A stretch of 44,899 nt of DNA, from the NCBI GenBank assembly GCA_016287465.1, contig JAEEWP010000003.1, positions 1 through 44,899 of the forward strand, written 5' to 3'. How positions within the stretch are numbered: the first letter of the stretch is position 1; every line of letters starts with the position of its first letter. This stretch comes from Bacillales bacterium (lineage in GTDB: Bacteria; Bacillota_I; Bacilli_A; RFN20; CAG-826). The notes beneath the pieces were generated by a model that ran no database searches, was not told the DNA's origin, and was given only the letters and a program-made list of their open reading frames with translations. Position numbers and translations under genes: made by a program. Shown piece after piece: positions 1-9,042 of the stretch.

Positions 1-91
1 TCATGATGATGGCGACGGTACCCATGAGGATAGCGATGGATAAGATAAGGTGCTTTTTGACTTTGTCAAAGAACTTTTCGAGCTTACTCAT
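1..91 (-). CDS. Partial CDS running off the window edge; N-terminus of a probable membrane or secreted protein
   Basis: ATG at 91-89 overlaps the end of the GH3 gene and follows a GAGGAGG SD. It reads MSKLEKFFDKVKKHLILSIAILMGTVAIIM (basic stretch, then hydrophobic). Confidence 0.7.
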   Translation of the reverse strand, partial: MSKLEKFFDKVKKHLILSIAILMGTVAIIM

Positions 92-3000
92 TTGCTGGTT
101 CCTCCTCTTCGTCTCTGTATTTGAGAGTGGTTCTTATGGTCAGGACAGCAGCAGCTACGCCAATGACAAGTCCGCCAAAGGCGAAGCCATCAATGGAGAT
201 AAGGGCTGGTTGCCACCATAAGTAGCTCTGTTTCGGTGGGATGGAAACGATTGCTTCTGATGGGTCAGCGGAGACGTTGTAGTTGTTGTTTCTCCACATA
301 GCGTTGCAGAAGGAGTAGGCAATTTGGTGCATGGCCTCACGCATACGCCACTGAACGCGGACTGGAGTATTGGCAGCAGTGCCGATAGCAGCAGCCTCGG
401 TGTGGCTCTGGGAGATAAGGTTGATGTTTCCGCCGCAACGGAATGAGAAACCGATATCCATGTTGGTTCCGTTCTCGGTCATATCGGTGATGATCTGACC
501 TTTGAATCCCCATTCTCTGCGGAGGACACCCTGGATAAGGGCTTCGTTACCACCGGTCCAGATGCCACCAATACGGTTGAAGGAGGTCATGATACCGACG
601 GTGCCGCCATTCTTAACGGCTTCTTCGAATGGACGGAGATAGAGCTCACGGAAGGTTTGCTCAGTCATCCAAGCCATGTTGGCCATACGGTTGAAGTCTT
701 GGTCGTTGGCGACAAAGTGTTTGACGAAGGTGATACGGCCATAGATGCTGATGCCTTTGACGATCTCAGAGACATAACGGCCGGAAAGGATTGGGTCTTC
801 GGACTGGTAACCGCAGTTTCTGCCACCATAGGTTGAACGGTGGAGGTTGCAGTTTGGCGAGAAGATGCCATCAGCGCCAGAGGCGTTCATGTCATTACCC
901 ATTGATTTGCCGAGCTTGAAGGTAAGAGCTCTGTTCCAGGCCTGGCAGCCCATGGTTGGACCAGGGTAGGCTGGGCAGTTGATGGAATCGCTCTGTCCAT
1001 AGCCGCCGCCGATCATGGCAGCGCCTTCTTCGAATTTGAAGGAGCTGGAGTTGGAGGAGCTACGTAAGCCGATCTCGGTCATGCCACGCTCAGCATAGCT
1101 GGAGTTTTCGGTAACGAGCGTCTTGGAGTTGTTGAAGTCAAGCTGATCAAGGAGGCTATCCCATTCTGGGGCGTCATAGTCTTCGCCGCAGGCCAAACCG
1201 GTTTCGGTAAGGGTGCCGTCTTCATTGAAAAGCTTAGCGGTTCCGCCGCTGTTCCAGGTTGGAGCAGTGGTTGGGACTGGATCGCCAAAGTAATCGACAG
1301 TGGCATTGTCCCAGTTGTCGCCCATGGTTCTGCTGAAGCTATAGTTGGCGATTGGCTCTGGGTCGGATTCGCGAACCATGAGTTTGTCGGTCCATGGCTT
1401 GTCTGGCTCACATTCAGTGAGAAGATCCGGGAAGTTGTTACGGTGGACGAATTCGATGTTCTGATCGACGGTGGTACCATCGATTGGCATACCTTCGTAG
1501 GCGTTCTCACCGACGAAACGGTTCTCGACAGTCTCGCCAGTGACTTCGTCTTTGTCGATCAAGACGGTGTTGGAGACCTGGTAGGTCACAGGAGACATAT
1601 TGTCTTTGACGTGGTGGGAATCGGTCATGAAGTTGAGGACGTAGTCGCCATCTTCGAGTTCATAACCAGTGTGGCCATTGTTATTGGCATCGTAGTCGTC
1701 ATAGGACTTGAAGTCCTTGGTATCGACTTCGATTTCGATGGTGCAGACATCGCCTGGCTGGAGAAGAGGAGTCTTCTCGTAGCCGACTAATTTGCGGTAG
1801 GATTTCTCGATTCCGCCTGGGGTGTATGGGGCGGTGAGATAAATCTGAACAACGTCCTTGCCTTTGTGATCACCTTTGTTGGTGACTTCGACTTTGAAGG
1901 TGAGCGTTTCGTCTGCTTCGATTTCGCTGCCGTTGGTCTTTTTGGCCTCAACTAATTTCCAGCTGAAGTCAGTGTAGGACATACCATAACCGAATGGGTA
2001 CTGGACGACGTTGTCATATCCGTTATATGGATCTCTGTCCCAGAAGCCTTCGGCATCAGCGGTTTCGAACCAACGATAACCCATGTAGATGCCTTCGGTG
2101 TATTCGGTGTAGCAAGCGTAGTTGTAGAAAGCAGCGCCGCCAGAACCTCTACCAGCTTTGCTGAAGAAGTCGGAGGATCTTCCACCTGTATAGTGGCGGG
2201 TGTGCTTAGCGCAGGAACGATAGTAGGTGATGTTGTATTCTGGGCGATATGGAGTGGTGTCGGTCATGTGTCCAGAAGGGGTGACGTCTCCGAAGACGAC
2301 ATCAGGGATGGCGAGGGCTCCTTGGCCACCAGTGACGCCGACATTGAGGACGGCGTCGATGCCGTTTGGAATGTCGTCATTGATGTTCTTGACGAAATCG
2401 AGGGTCATGTTGTTGGTGCTGTTCTCAATAACGATGACGTTTTCGAAGTCGGCAGCGATCTGACGAAGGGTGTATTCTTCTTCGGTTGAGATCTCGAGGT
2501 AGGTGCGCTCTTCATCTTTAACGGTGCTTCCGCTCTTATGAGTTGAATCGCTGGAGGAGAGCTTGTTCTGGTAGTGAGGGCAGTCACTGTTCTCACCGGC
2601 GTGACGGGAGATGACGAAGAAGGCGGTATCACTGTAAGATTTGGATTCTTCGTAGAGTCTTTGATACTCGCTGTCGATCTCGAGCGATGGCTCACGGATG
2701 ATAAAGTAGTTATCAAGGCTGGTCATGATGGTGTTGGAATCACCTTCGGCCTTGTGCCAACTTGTGTAGTAGTCGGAGATGTCTTTATTGACCTCGACGC
2801 CTCTCTTCACGAGAGCGCTGTTAAGGTCATATGACTTGTGACCTTTTGTTCCGACCATTTCGGAGCCAGATGACATGATGTACCAGTCAACTGAACCGTG
2901 GCCGAAAACGTTTACTTTTTTGACATCGTCTTTGCTGAGCGGAAGTGTTCCGTTGTTTTCAAGCATGACAATGCCCTCGCCTTCGACTTCGACGGCAAGT

Positions 3001-3215
3001 TCGTCACCCATGCCGGACGCTGAACGAGTCATGGCGTTGGCATCGGCTGGAGCTGCTTCAGTGAGGTAGGTGGTTAGGGTACTGGCGCCATCGCCAAAAG
3101 CCCAGGTATTACCAATTACCAAAGCGACGCCAGCGGCGACGATGACAGGCAAAGCGGCGATCGAAACGATAAGTCTGGTCTTATCTTTGCCTGACAAGGA
3201 ATTAGATTTTCCCAT
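84..3215 (-). CDS. Glycoside hydrolase family 3 (beta-glucosidase-like), permuted domain order, membrane anchored
   Basis: The sandwich domain (EGIVMLEN, EGIYMGYRWFET, YPFGYGMSYT) and Fn3-like domain (GKDVVQIY) precede the barrel domain (SEDP, KHFVAN, MTSFNRIG, LRREWGFKGQIITD). Hydrophobic helices lie near both termini; AGAAAGGA SD. Confidence 0.93.
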   Translation of the reverse strand: MGKSNSLSGKDKTRLIVSIAALPVIVAAGVALVIGNTWAFGDGASTLTTYLTEAAPADANAMTRSASGMGDELAVEVEGEGIVMLENNGTLPLSKDDVKKVNVFGHGSVDWYIMSSGSEMVGTKGHKSYDLNSALVKRGVEVNKDISDYYTSWHKAEGDSNTIMTSLDNYFIIREPSLEIDSEYQRLYEESKSYSDTAFFVISRHAGENSDCPHYQNKLSSSDSTHKSGSTVKDEERTYLEISTEEEYTLRQIAADFENVIVIENSTNNMTLDFVKNINDDIPNGIDAVLNVGVTGGQGALAIPDVVFGDVTPSGHMTDTTPYRPEYNITYYRSCAKHTRHYTGGRSSDFFSKAGRGSGGAAFYNYACYTEYTEGIYMGYRWFETADAEGFWDRDPYNGYDNVVQYPFGYGMSYTDFSWKLVEAKKTNGSEIEADETLTFKVEVTNKGDHKGKDVVQIYLTAPYTPGGIEKSYRKLVGYEKTPLLQPGDVCTIEIEVDTKDFKSYDDYDANNNGHTGYELEDGDYVLNFMTDSHHVKDNMSPVTYQVSNTVLIDKDEVTGETVENRFVGENAYEGMPIDGTTVDQNIEFVHRNNFPDLLTECEPDKPWTDKLMVRESDPEPIANYSFSRTMGDNWDNATVDYFGDPVPTTAPTWNSGGTAKLFNEDGTLTETGLACGEDYDAPEWDSLLDQLDFNNSKTLVTENSSYAERGMTEIGLRSSSNSSSFKFEEGAAMIGGGYGQSDSINCPAYPGPTMGCQAWNRALTFKLGKSMGNDMNASGADGIFSPNCNLHRSTYGGRNCGYQSEDPILSGRYVSEIVKGISIYGRITFVKHFVANDQDFNRMANMAWMTEQTFRELYLRPFEEAVKNGGTVGIMTSFNRIGGIWTGGNEALIQGVLRREWGFKGQIITDMTENGTNMDIGFSFRCGGNINLISQSHTEAAAIGTAANTPVRVQWRMREAMHQIAYSFCNAMWRNNNYNVSADPSEAIVSIPPKQSYLWWQPALISIDGFAFGGLVIGVAAAVLTIRTTLKYRDEEEEPANE

Positions 3216-3300
3216 GTGTTTTTCCTTTCTTTCTAAAAGATATGTTTTTGGTGAGCTAGAGCCCCTAGCACACCGACAATCACTTAAAAGTGATACCCAT

Positions 3301-3314
3301 TGTAAGCGCTTTAA
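3301..3314. promoter_or_regulatory. LacI-family / cre-like operator upstream of the GH3 gene
   Basis: TGTAAGCGCTTTAA has a palindromic AAGCGCTT core and lies about 85 bp upstream of a glycosidase start. Confidence 0.65.
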
Positions 3315-3572
3315 AAATTGACTATCTTGCTATTAAGCAAAGTCAAATACCCTATGGAATTACGCTATAAAGTGTCTAAAATGCAAAAGCATTACATTTA
3401 CAAGAACTGGAAAAACAACCAAAAGGGCTAATAAATATTAACTATTGTTAAAAAATGTAAAAATCGATTATTTTGCTCCATTTTCTAGCGAACAGAAATA
3501 ATCAAAAAAATAGCACTTTTATTGAATAAGATCATTTTAGGGTTTAATTTTTTTCTAAGGTCGACAAAGAAC

Positions 3573-4451
3573 ATGAACGAAAAAGAAGAACTTAATATGC
3601 TTCGCGACATGCTTGAGCATATGCCAGGCGGAGCTTTTACCTATGAGGCAGAAGGGGATCAAAGATTCATCTATGTCTCACCATCCCTTTATAAACTTCT
3701 CGGTTACGAAGACGAAGAATCGTTTTTGAAATCGGTCAATTACAGCTTCATTAATTTCGTCCACCCAGACGATTATGAGAAGATTCAGCAAGAAATCGAT
3801 GAGCAGATTTCCGAATCGGATATCGACTTCTGCGAATACCGCGTTAAGAAAGCCGATGGCACATATATTTGGATGCTTGACCGCGGCAAGATCATGAGGC
3901 GTCCTGATGGCTCAAGATTCTTCTATGTTGTCGTCTTAGACGAGAATGCGATCATGCATAAGAGACTTGAGACCGCTAAAAAGGCAAAGCAAGACTCTCT
4001 CACAGGCCTTCTTAATCACCAAGCCATCGTTATGGAAATCAACGCCCTCATACAAGACCACTGCGAAGGCGTCTGCATGATGCTTGATATCGACGACTTT
4101 AAACGTATCAACGACAACTATGGACATATTGAAGGGGATAGAGTCATCGTCACCCTTTCGAAAGCCTTGCTCGCTGAATTCCCTGATGCTCTCGTTGGCA
4201 GGTTCGGCGGAGACGAATTCCTTCTCTACTTCGTTGGAGCCAAAGAGGAAGACCACGCAGAGGAGTTAGGCAAGAAGGTCGTTAAGATCATGAACAAGAT
4301 CAAGATCAACGGAAGCATACCTCTATGCGGAAGTATCGGAATCTCTCTATCGAGAGGCGGATTCTTCTCCGTTGACGAAGCGGTCAGAAAAGCCGATGAG
4401 GCGATGTACTCCGCGAAAAAGTCAGGCAAAAACCAATTCGCAATCAAATAA
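3573..4451 (+). CDS. PAS-domain sensor diguanylate cyclase
   Basis: PAS motifs (FVHPDD, EYRVKKADGTYIW), DSLTGLLN, DIDDFKRINDNYGHIEGD and an intact RFGGDEF. ATG 3573 preferred over TTG 3522. Confidence 0.92.
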   Translation: MNEKEELNMLRDMLEHMPGGAFTYEAEGDQRFIYVSPSLYKLLGYEDEESFLKSVNYSFINFVHPDDYEKIQQEIDEQISESDIDFCEYRVKKADGTYIWMLDRGKIMRRPDGSRFFYVVVLDENAIMHKRLETAKKAKQDSLTGLLNHQAIVMEINALIQDHCEGVCMMLDIDDFKRINDNYGHIEGDRVIVTLSKALLAEFPDALVGRFGGDEFLLYFVGAKEEDHAEELGKKVVKIMNKIKINGSIPLCGSIGISLSRGGFFSVDEAVRKADEAMYSAKKSGKNQFAIK

Positions 4452-4456
4452 AAATC

Positions 4457-4480
4457 GCTGGCAAATCGCCAGCCTTTTTT
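4457..4480 (+). terminator. Rho-independent terminator
   Basis: GCTGGC-aaatc-GCCAGC followed by a T tract, just after the stop codon. Confidence 0.8.
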
Positions 4481-4549
4481 ATATTTTCAACGAAAAGTAA
4501 CACACTAGTGTTAATGAGCCTATAATCTTTGTGTCGAAAGGTGATGCTT

Positions 4550-4882
4550 ATGAAACGCGTATTATTCCTCTTTCTCGAAAACGGCCAGGCGGCCATAAAC
4601 GCCCTCGAAGAAATTCGTTCCGCAGGATATAACGGAACACTTGTCGGAGGCGCATCGTTAAGACACGCCTTCGAAGACATGCTTCCAGAAGAGAGACATT
4701 TCTTCTCTCTTGCCAACTGGGAAGCCGACAACAACAAAGAATCGACTCTTTCTCTTTTCATCGTTGATGAGAAGAGCGTGAACGAACTCAAAGATGCCAT
4801 CCGCAAATGCACCGATGACTTCAAAACCGTGAAGGGTGCTTTCTTCAGCATCCCTCTTGAGGACTACGAAGGAAGCTTCTAA
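4550..4882 (+). CDS. PII-like small regulatory protein
   Basis: 110 aa with a PII-like pattern (IRSAGYNGTLVGG ... LFIVDE ... GAFFSIPLEDYEG). AAGGTGA SD; TAATG overlap with the antiporter gene. Confidence 0.6.
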   Translation: MKRVLFLFLENGQAAINALEEIRSAGYNGTLVGGASLRHAFEDMLPEERHFFSLANWEADNNKESTLSLFIVDEKSVNELKDAIRKCTDDFKTVKGAFFSIPLEDYEGSF

Positions 4883-6174
4883 TGGACGGCTTTATCTTTC
4901 TATACGCAGCAGCGATAGTCCTTGTTGGTCTTTTATCAACGAGGTTGATGAAGGTCATCAAGATGCCTTTTGTGACTGGCTATATCATCACAGGCATTCT
5001 CATGGGTCCTTTTGTTTTCGGACTCTTCTTCAATGGCTTTGATTTCCTTAATGCCGGAAGCGGACCGGTTGCCGAATATGTCAGAAGCCTCGGCTGGGTG
5101 AATAATGTCGCTTTAGGATTCATCGCTTTCTCGGTAGGTGCTTCTTTCAAGAGAAACACCCTCAAAGCCGTTGGCAAGAAGGTTCTTGTCATCACCGTTC
5201 TTGAAGCGGTGTTTGCTTCGCTTCTTGTTATCGCTGCTTTGTTAGTGGCTTACTTCATCTTCCCTAACGATATCCCTCTCCCTCTCGTGCTTACCTTAGG
5301 TGCGATCGCCGCTGCGACAGCGCCAGCAGCCACCCTCATGGTCGTTAAGCAATATAGGGCAAAAGGACCTGTCACAGATACTTTGCTTCCAGTCGTCGCT
5401 CTTGATGATGCGGCTGCTCTTATTCTCTTCGCCGTTCTCTTCCAGATTGCCGAGGCTATGGCAACTGGCGGATCATTCAATGCCTATGAGATGTTCGCTA
5501 AACCTCTTATCGAGATCGTCATCTCTCTCGCTATTGGTGCGGCTCTTGGCTTCATGATGTCCTTTGCTTGCCATTTCTTCCGCTCAAGAGGAAACAGAAC
5601 TGGCTGGATCATCTTCGTCGTCTTTGCCTCGCTTGGCCTTTATTACTTATTCAAACAAGACTTCATGGGGAATATGGAGCTTAGCTCTTTGCTTACCTGC
5701 ATGACCGCAGGCGCCATCTTCGTCAACATGAGACAAGACAGCGTTAAAGAGTTTGAGTTCCTTGATAGGTTTACCACCCCGATATACATGCTCTTCTTTA
5801 TCATCAGCGGCGCCAATCTCAACCTGACCATATTCGCAAGCGAAAGCGGTCTTGTTGTTTTGGCTATCGCTCTTATCTACGTCATCTTCAGAGCCGGTGG
5901 CAAATGGCTTGGCGCCTTTAGCGGTGCCGCCATCTCGAAAGCGGAGCCAACCGTTAAGAAATATCTTGGCTTCTGCCTTATCCCTCAAGCTGGTGTCGCA
6001 ATCGGTTTATCAACGACCGCAGGCGCTGCCTTAAGCGGTCCTGGCGGAAATCCCCTAATCGGAGCGATGGTGGTGGCCATCATCCTCACCTCCACGCTTG
6101 TCTATGAGCTTATTGGTCCTATCGTTACCAAGACCGCTCTCAAAAAAGCCGGCGAACTTACCTTGGAACGTTAA
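4882..6174 (+). CDS. Cation:proton antiporter (CPA2 family)
   Basis: About 12 TM helices; motifs PFVTGYIITGILMGP, ATAPAAT, VVALDD, PQAGVAIGL, YELIGP. Confidence 0.92.
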   Translation: MDGFIFLYAAAIVLVGLLSTRLMKVIKMPFVTGYIITGILMGPFVFGLFFNGFDFLNAGSGPVAEYVRSLGWVNNVALGFIAFSVGASFKRNTLKAVGKKVLVITVLEAVFASLLVIAALLVAYFIFPNDIPLPLVLTLGAIAAATAPAATLMVVKQYRAKGPVTDTLLPVVALDDAAALILFAVLFQIAEAMATGGSFNAYEMFAKPLIEIVISLAIGAALGFMMSFACHFFRSRGNRTGWIIFVVFASLGLYYLFKQDFMGNMELSSLLTCMTAGAIFVNMRQDSVKEFEFLDRFTTPIYMLFFIISGANLNLTIFASESGLVVLAIALIYVIFRAGGKWLGAFSGAAISKAEPTVKKYLGFCLIPQAGVAIGLSTTAGAALSGPGGNPLIGAMVVAIILTSTLVYELIGPIVTKTALKKAGELTLER

Positions 6175-6193
6175 AAACCCTAGCAAATATTTA

Positions 6194-6219
6194 AAAATCC
6201 CTGGCAATTCAGGGATTTT
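6194..6219. terminator. Bidirectional terminator between convergent genes
   Basis: AAAATCCCTG-gcaatt-CAGGGATTTT. Confidence 0.8.
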
Positions 6220-6222
6220 CTT

Positions 6223-6927
6223 TTATCTGATCATTCCGTTCGTGAGGATTAAACCTACGACAATCAAGACCTCTCCAAGGAGATAGGTAATCATGATTGG
6301 GAAGTGCTCTCTTGGTATTGGTTTGAAGAAGTGAGAGTAGACGAGCATCGAATCGCTCATAAGGAAGACGAGTCCTCCTAATAGCAAGAAGATGAAGAAG
6401 AGAGGCTGACCTAGAAGCACACCGACAAGGCCTACTGTCGTTTCTGTAAGAAGAGATACGCAGTATAAGCCTCCTGCCAAACTCATTAGCCATTTCTTCT
6501 TCGTGATGATAAAAGCAATCGTGAAGAACATCGCATAAGCGGCAACAAAATAGACAATCGCCCAGATTTGGATGTTCTTGACTTCAAGAAGACCTATTTC
6601 AACCAAGATGGACATGGCCTCATTGATATAGAAGATATGGCCAAGGAAGAAGAAAAGCATTCCAAGCGCCAAGAACTTGACGAAGTGCTTCTTAAGAAGG
6701 AAGTAATCACCAATAGCTCCGACAGCGGCTCCGACATAGATCTGCCACCTCATTGGAGCAAGGAAAACCGCAGCGATCGCCAAAGCAGGGACGCATAAGG
6801 TTTTGGTCAGCTTTCTCTTAGGCTCCCATTCCTTGTAGCAGTAATAGATGTGCTGCAAAGAAATAAGAACAAACGCCAAGAGGAAGAAAAAACCGATGTA
6901 TGTGAGAGGCGATGTGAAATCAAACAT
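6223..6927 (-). CDS. YhhN-family lysoplasmalogenase-like membrane protein
   Basis: Multi-TM protein with GDYFLL, GMLFFFLGHIFY, GGLVFLMSDSML and IMITY motifs. Confidence 0.8.
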   Translation of the reverse strand: MFDFTSPLTYIGFFFLLAFVLISLQHIYYCYKEWEPKRKLTKTLCVPALAIAAVFLAPMRWQIYVGAAVGAIGDYFLLKKHFVKFLALGMLFFFLGHIFYINEAMSILVEIGLLEVKNIQIWAIVYFVAAYAMFFTIAFIITKKKWLMSLAGGLYCVSLLTETTVGLVGVLLGQPLFFIFLLLGGLVFLMSDSMLVYSHFFKPIPREHFPIMITYLLGEVLIVVGLILTNGMIR

Positions 6928-6969
6928 AGCCTTATTGTAGAACTTTTATGAAGAGCAAGTCAAAACGGC

Positions 6970-8298
6970 CTACTTTTGCTTCTTAGAGTGCGCCTCTTTC
7001 CATTTCTTTATCTCTTCGAGGCGGGCTTTGTATTTGGCTTCTAAGCCTTGGTTTCCAGGGGTGAAGTATTCTTTGCCAACAAGTGAATCAGGAAGGCACT
7101 GCATGCTGGCGATCTTTTCTTTGGTGTCATGGGCGTATATATACCCATCGCCATATCCAAGCTCTTTCATGAGTTTGGTCGGAGCGTTTCTGATGACCAT
7201 AGGGACTGGTTCATCAATCATCTTCTTCGCGTCTTCTGCCGCTCTATTGTAGGCGACTTCCATCGCATTTGATTTAGGAGACATGGCCATGTAGACGACC
7301 GCTTCGGTGAGGCAGACGTTGCATTCAGGAACACCGATGAAATGGCAGGCCTGGTAAGCGGACACTGCGACTTCCATTGCTCTAGGATCGGCAAGACCAA
7401 CATCCTCTGAGGCAAAACGGACAACCCTTCTTGCGATATAAAGAGGATCCTCACCAGCCTCAAGCATTCTGGCTAACCAATAGACCGCGGCATCTGGGTC
7501 GCTGTTCCTCATTGATTTATGGAGAGCGGAGATGAGGTTATAGTGTTCCTCGCCTTTCTTGTCATATAAGAAGGACTTCTTTGAAGTCACTTGCTCGACT
7601 ATCTCTTTGGAGACGGTGATTGTGTCATCTTGTCTGTCACCGTTAAGGATGACCATCTCAAGGGTGGATAAGGCTCCTCTAGCGTCACCATTAGAGAAGG
7701 TGGCGATCGTCTCAAGGATCTGTTTGCTGATCTTGATCTTCATGCCGCCGAATCCACGCTTGTCAGAGATGGCTTTCTTCAAAAGAAGAACAATATCATC
7801 AACGGTCAATGGATTGAGGACGAAGACTTTGCAGCGAGACAAAAGAGCGTTATTGATCTCGAAGGATGGGTTCTCGGTTGTAGCGCCCACGAGGATAATG
7901 CTCCCTTTCTCGACGAAAGGAAGGAAAGCATCTTGCTGAGCTTTGTTGAATCTATGGATTTCGTCTACAAAGACAATGGTTTTGCCACCGAAAAGGCGGT
8001 TTTTCTCCGCTTCTTCCATGACGGTTTTGATTTCTTTGATTCCGCTGGTGACGGCAGAGAAGGTAATGAAATCAGCCTTGGTCATGTTGGCGATCACTTT
8101 GGCGATCGTTGTCTTACCAACTCCAGGCGGGCCCCAAAAGATCATCGAAGGGACTTTGTCGCTTTCGATCATATTCCTAAGGATTTTGCCTTTGCCTAAA
8201 AGATGATCCTGACCGACTATCTCGTCGATGGATGTAGGCCTAAGGCGTTCGGCCAAAGGTTCGTTATTGTCGTTCCAAATGGATATAGTTTCGCTCAT
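6970..8298 (-). CDS. rarA: Replication-associated recombination protein A (RarA/MgsA AAA+ ATPase)
   Basis: PLAERLRP, GPPGVGKTT, FVDEIHRFNKAQQD, GATTENPSF, ISALHKSMRNSD, ASEDVGLAD. Confidence 0.96.
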   Translation of the reverse strand: MSETISIWNDNNEPLAERLRPTSIDEIVGQDHLLGKGKILRNMIESDKVPSMIFWGPPGVGKTTIAKVIANMTKADFITFSAVTSGIKEIKTVMEEAEKNRLFGGKTIVFVDEIHRFNKAQQDAFLPFVEKGSIILVGATTENPSFEINNALLSRCKVFVLNPLTVDDIVLLLKKAISDKRGFGGMKIKISKQILETIATFSNGDARGALSTLEMVILNGDRQDDTITVSKEIVEQVTSKKSFLYDKKGEEHYNLISALHKSMRNSDPDAAVYWLARMLEAGEDPLYIARRVVRFASEDVGLADPRAMEVAVSAYQACHFIGVPECNVCLTEAVVYMAMSPKSNAMEVAYNRAAEDAKKMIDEPVPMVIRNAPTKLMKELGYGDGYIYAHDTKEKIASMQCLPDSLVGKEYFTPGNQGLEAKYKARLEEIKKWKEAHSKKQK

Positions 8299-8343
8299 CG
8301 TATTAATTCTACTTTATTTTGCGTGGGTTTATAATATGTGCAT

Positions 8344-9042
8344 ATGGATTTCAGTGGAATGGAGAAGCTTTCGCTTCTAGATTTTGACGACAACATCACC
8401 TGCACTCTTTTCTTCGCGGGCTGCAACATGCGTTGCCCGTATTGCCATAACGCGGCTTTAGTCATTCCTGGTATGAAACCAGAGTTCATTCCTTGGGAGG
8501 ATATCAAATCCTTCTTAGAAAAGAGGAAGAACGTCCTTGATGCCGTATGTGTTTCCGGAGGCGAATGTACTTTGATGCCGGATTTGCTGGAGAAATTGGG
8601 TGAAATCAAGGAATTAGGATACAAAGTCAAACTTGATACAAACGGCTCTCGTCCAGAGATTCTTAAGCTCGCGGTTGAGCAGGGTCTAGTGGACTATGTT
8701 GCCATGGACATCAAGAACAGCAAAGAGAAGTACGCCAAAACGATCGGAACAGAGAATGTCGACATCAAAGACATTGAGGAATCGATCGAATACCTTATGA
8801 ACACCGATCTCGTCGATTACGAATTCAGAACGACCATCGTTGAGGAATTCCATGAGACCGAAGACATTGAGAAGATATCTCTTTGGTTAGCCGGTGCCAA
8901 GCGTCTCTTCCTTCAGCAGTACGTTGATAGAGATGGCTGCATCGAACATGGCTTCCATCCTGTACCAAAAGAAAAGGCCCTCATTTGGAAGGCCATTCTT
9001 GATAAGAATATCGAACACGTCGAACTTCGTGGTTACGAATGA
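8344..9042 (+). CDS. nrdG: Anaerobic ribonucleotide reductase activating radical SAM enzyme
   Basis: GCNMRCPYCHN, SGGE, KLDTNGS, DYVAMDIK, YEFRTT; located next to nrdD. Confidence 0.9.
   Translation: MDFSGMEKLSLLDFDDNITCTLFFAGCNMRCPYCHNAALVIPGMKPEFIPWEDIKSFLEKRKNVLDAVCVSGGECTLMPDLLEKLGEIKELGYKVKLDTNGSRPEILKLAVEQGLVDYVAMDIKNSKEKYAKTIGTENVDIKDIEESIEYLMNTDLVDYEFRTTIVEEFHETEDIEKISLWLAGAKRLFLQQYVDRDGCIEHGFHPVPKEKALIWKAILDKNIEHVELRGYE

Noticed and set aside
3316-3328. 13-mer AATTGACTATCTT shared with 19026-19038
   Set aside because: It contains a -35 hexamer in AT-rich DNA and is plausibly a chance match; it has no consistent gene orientation.
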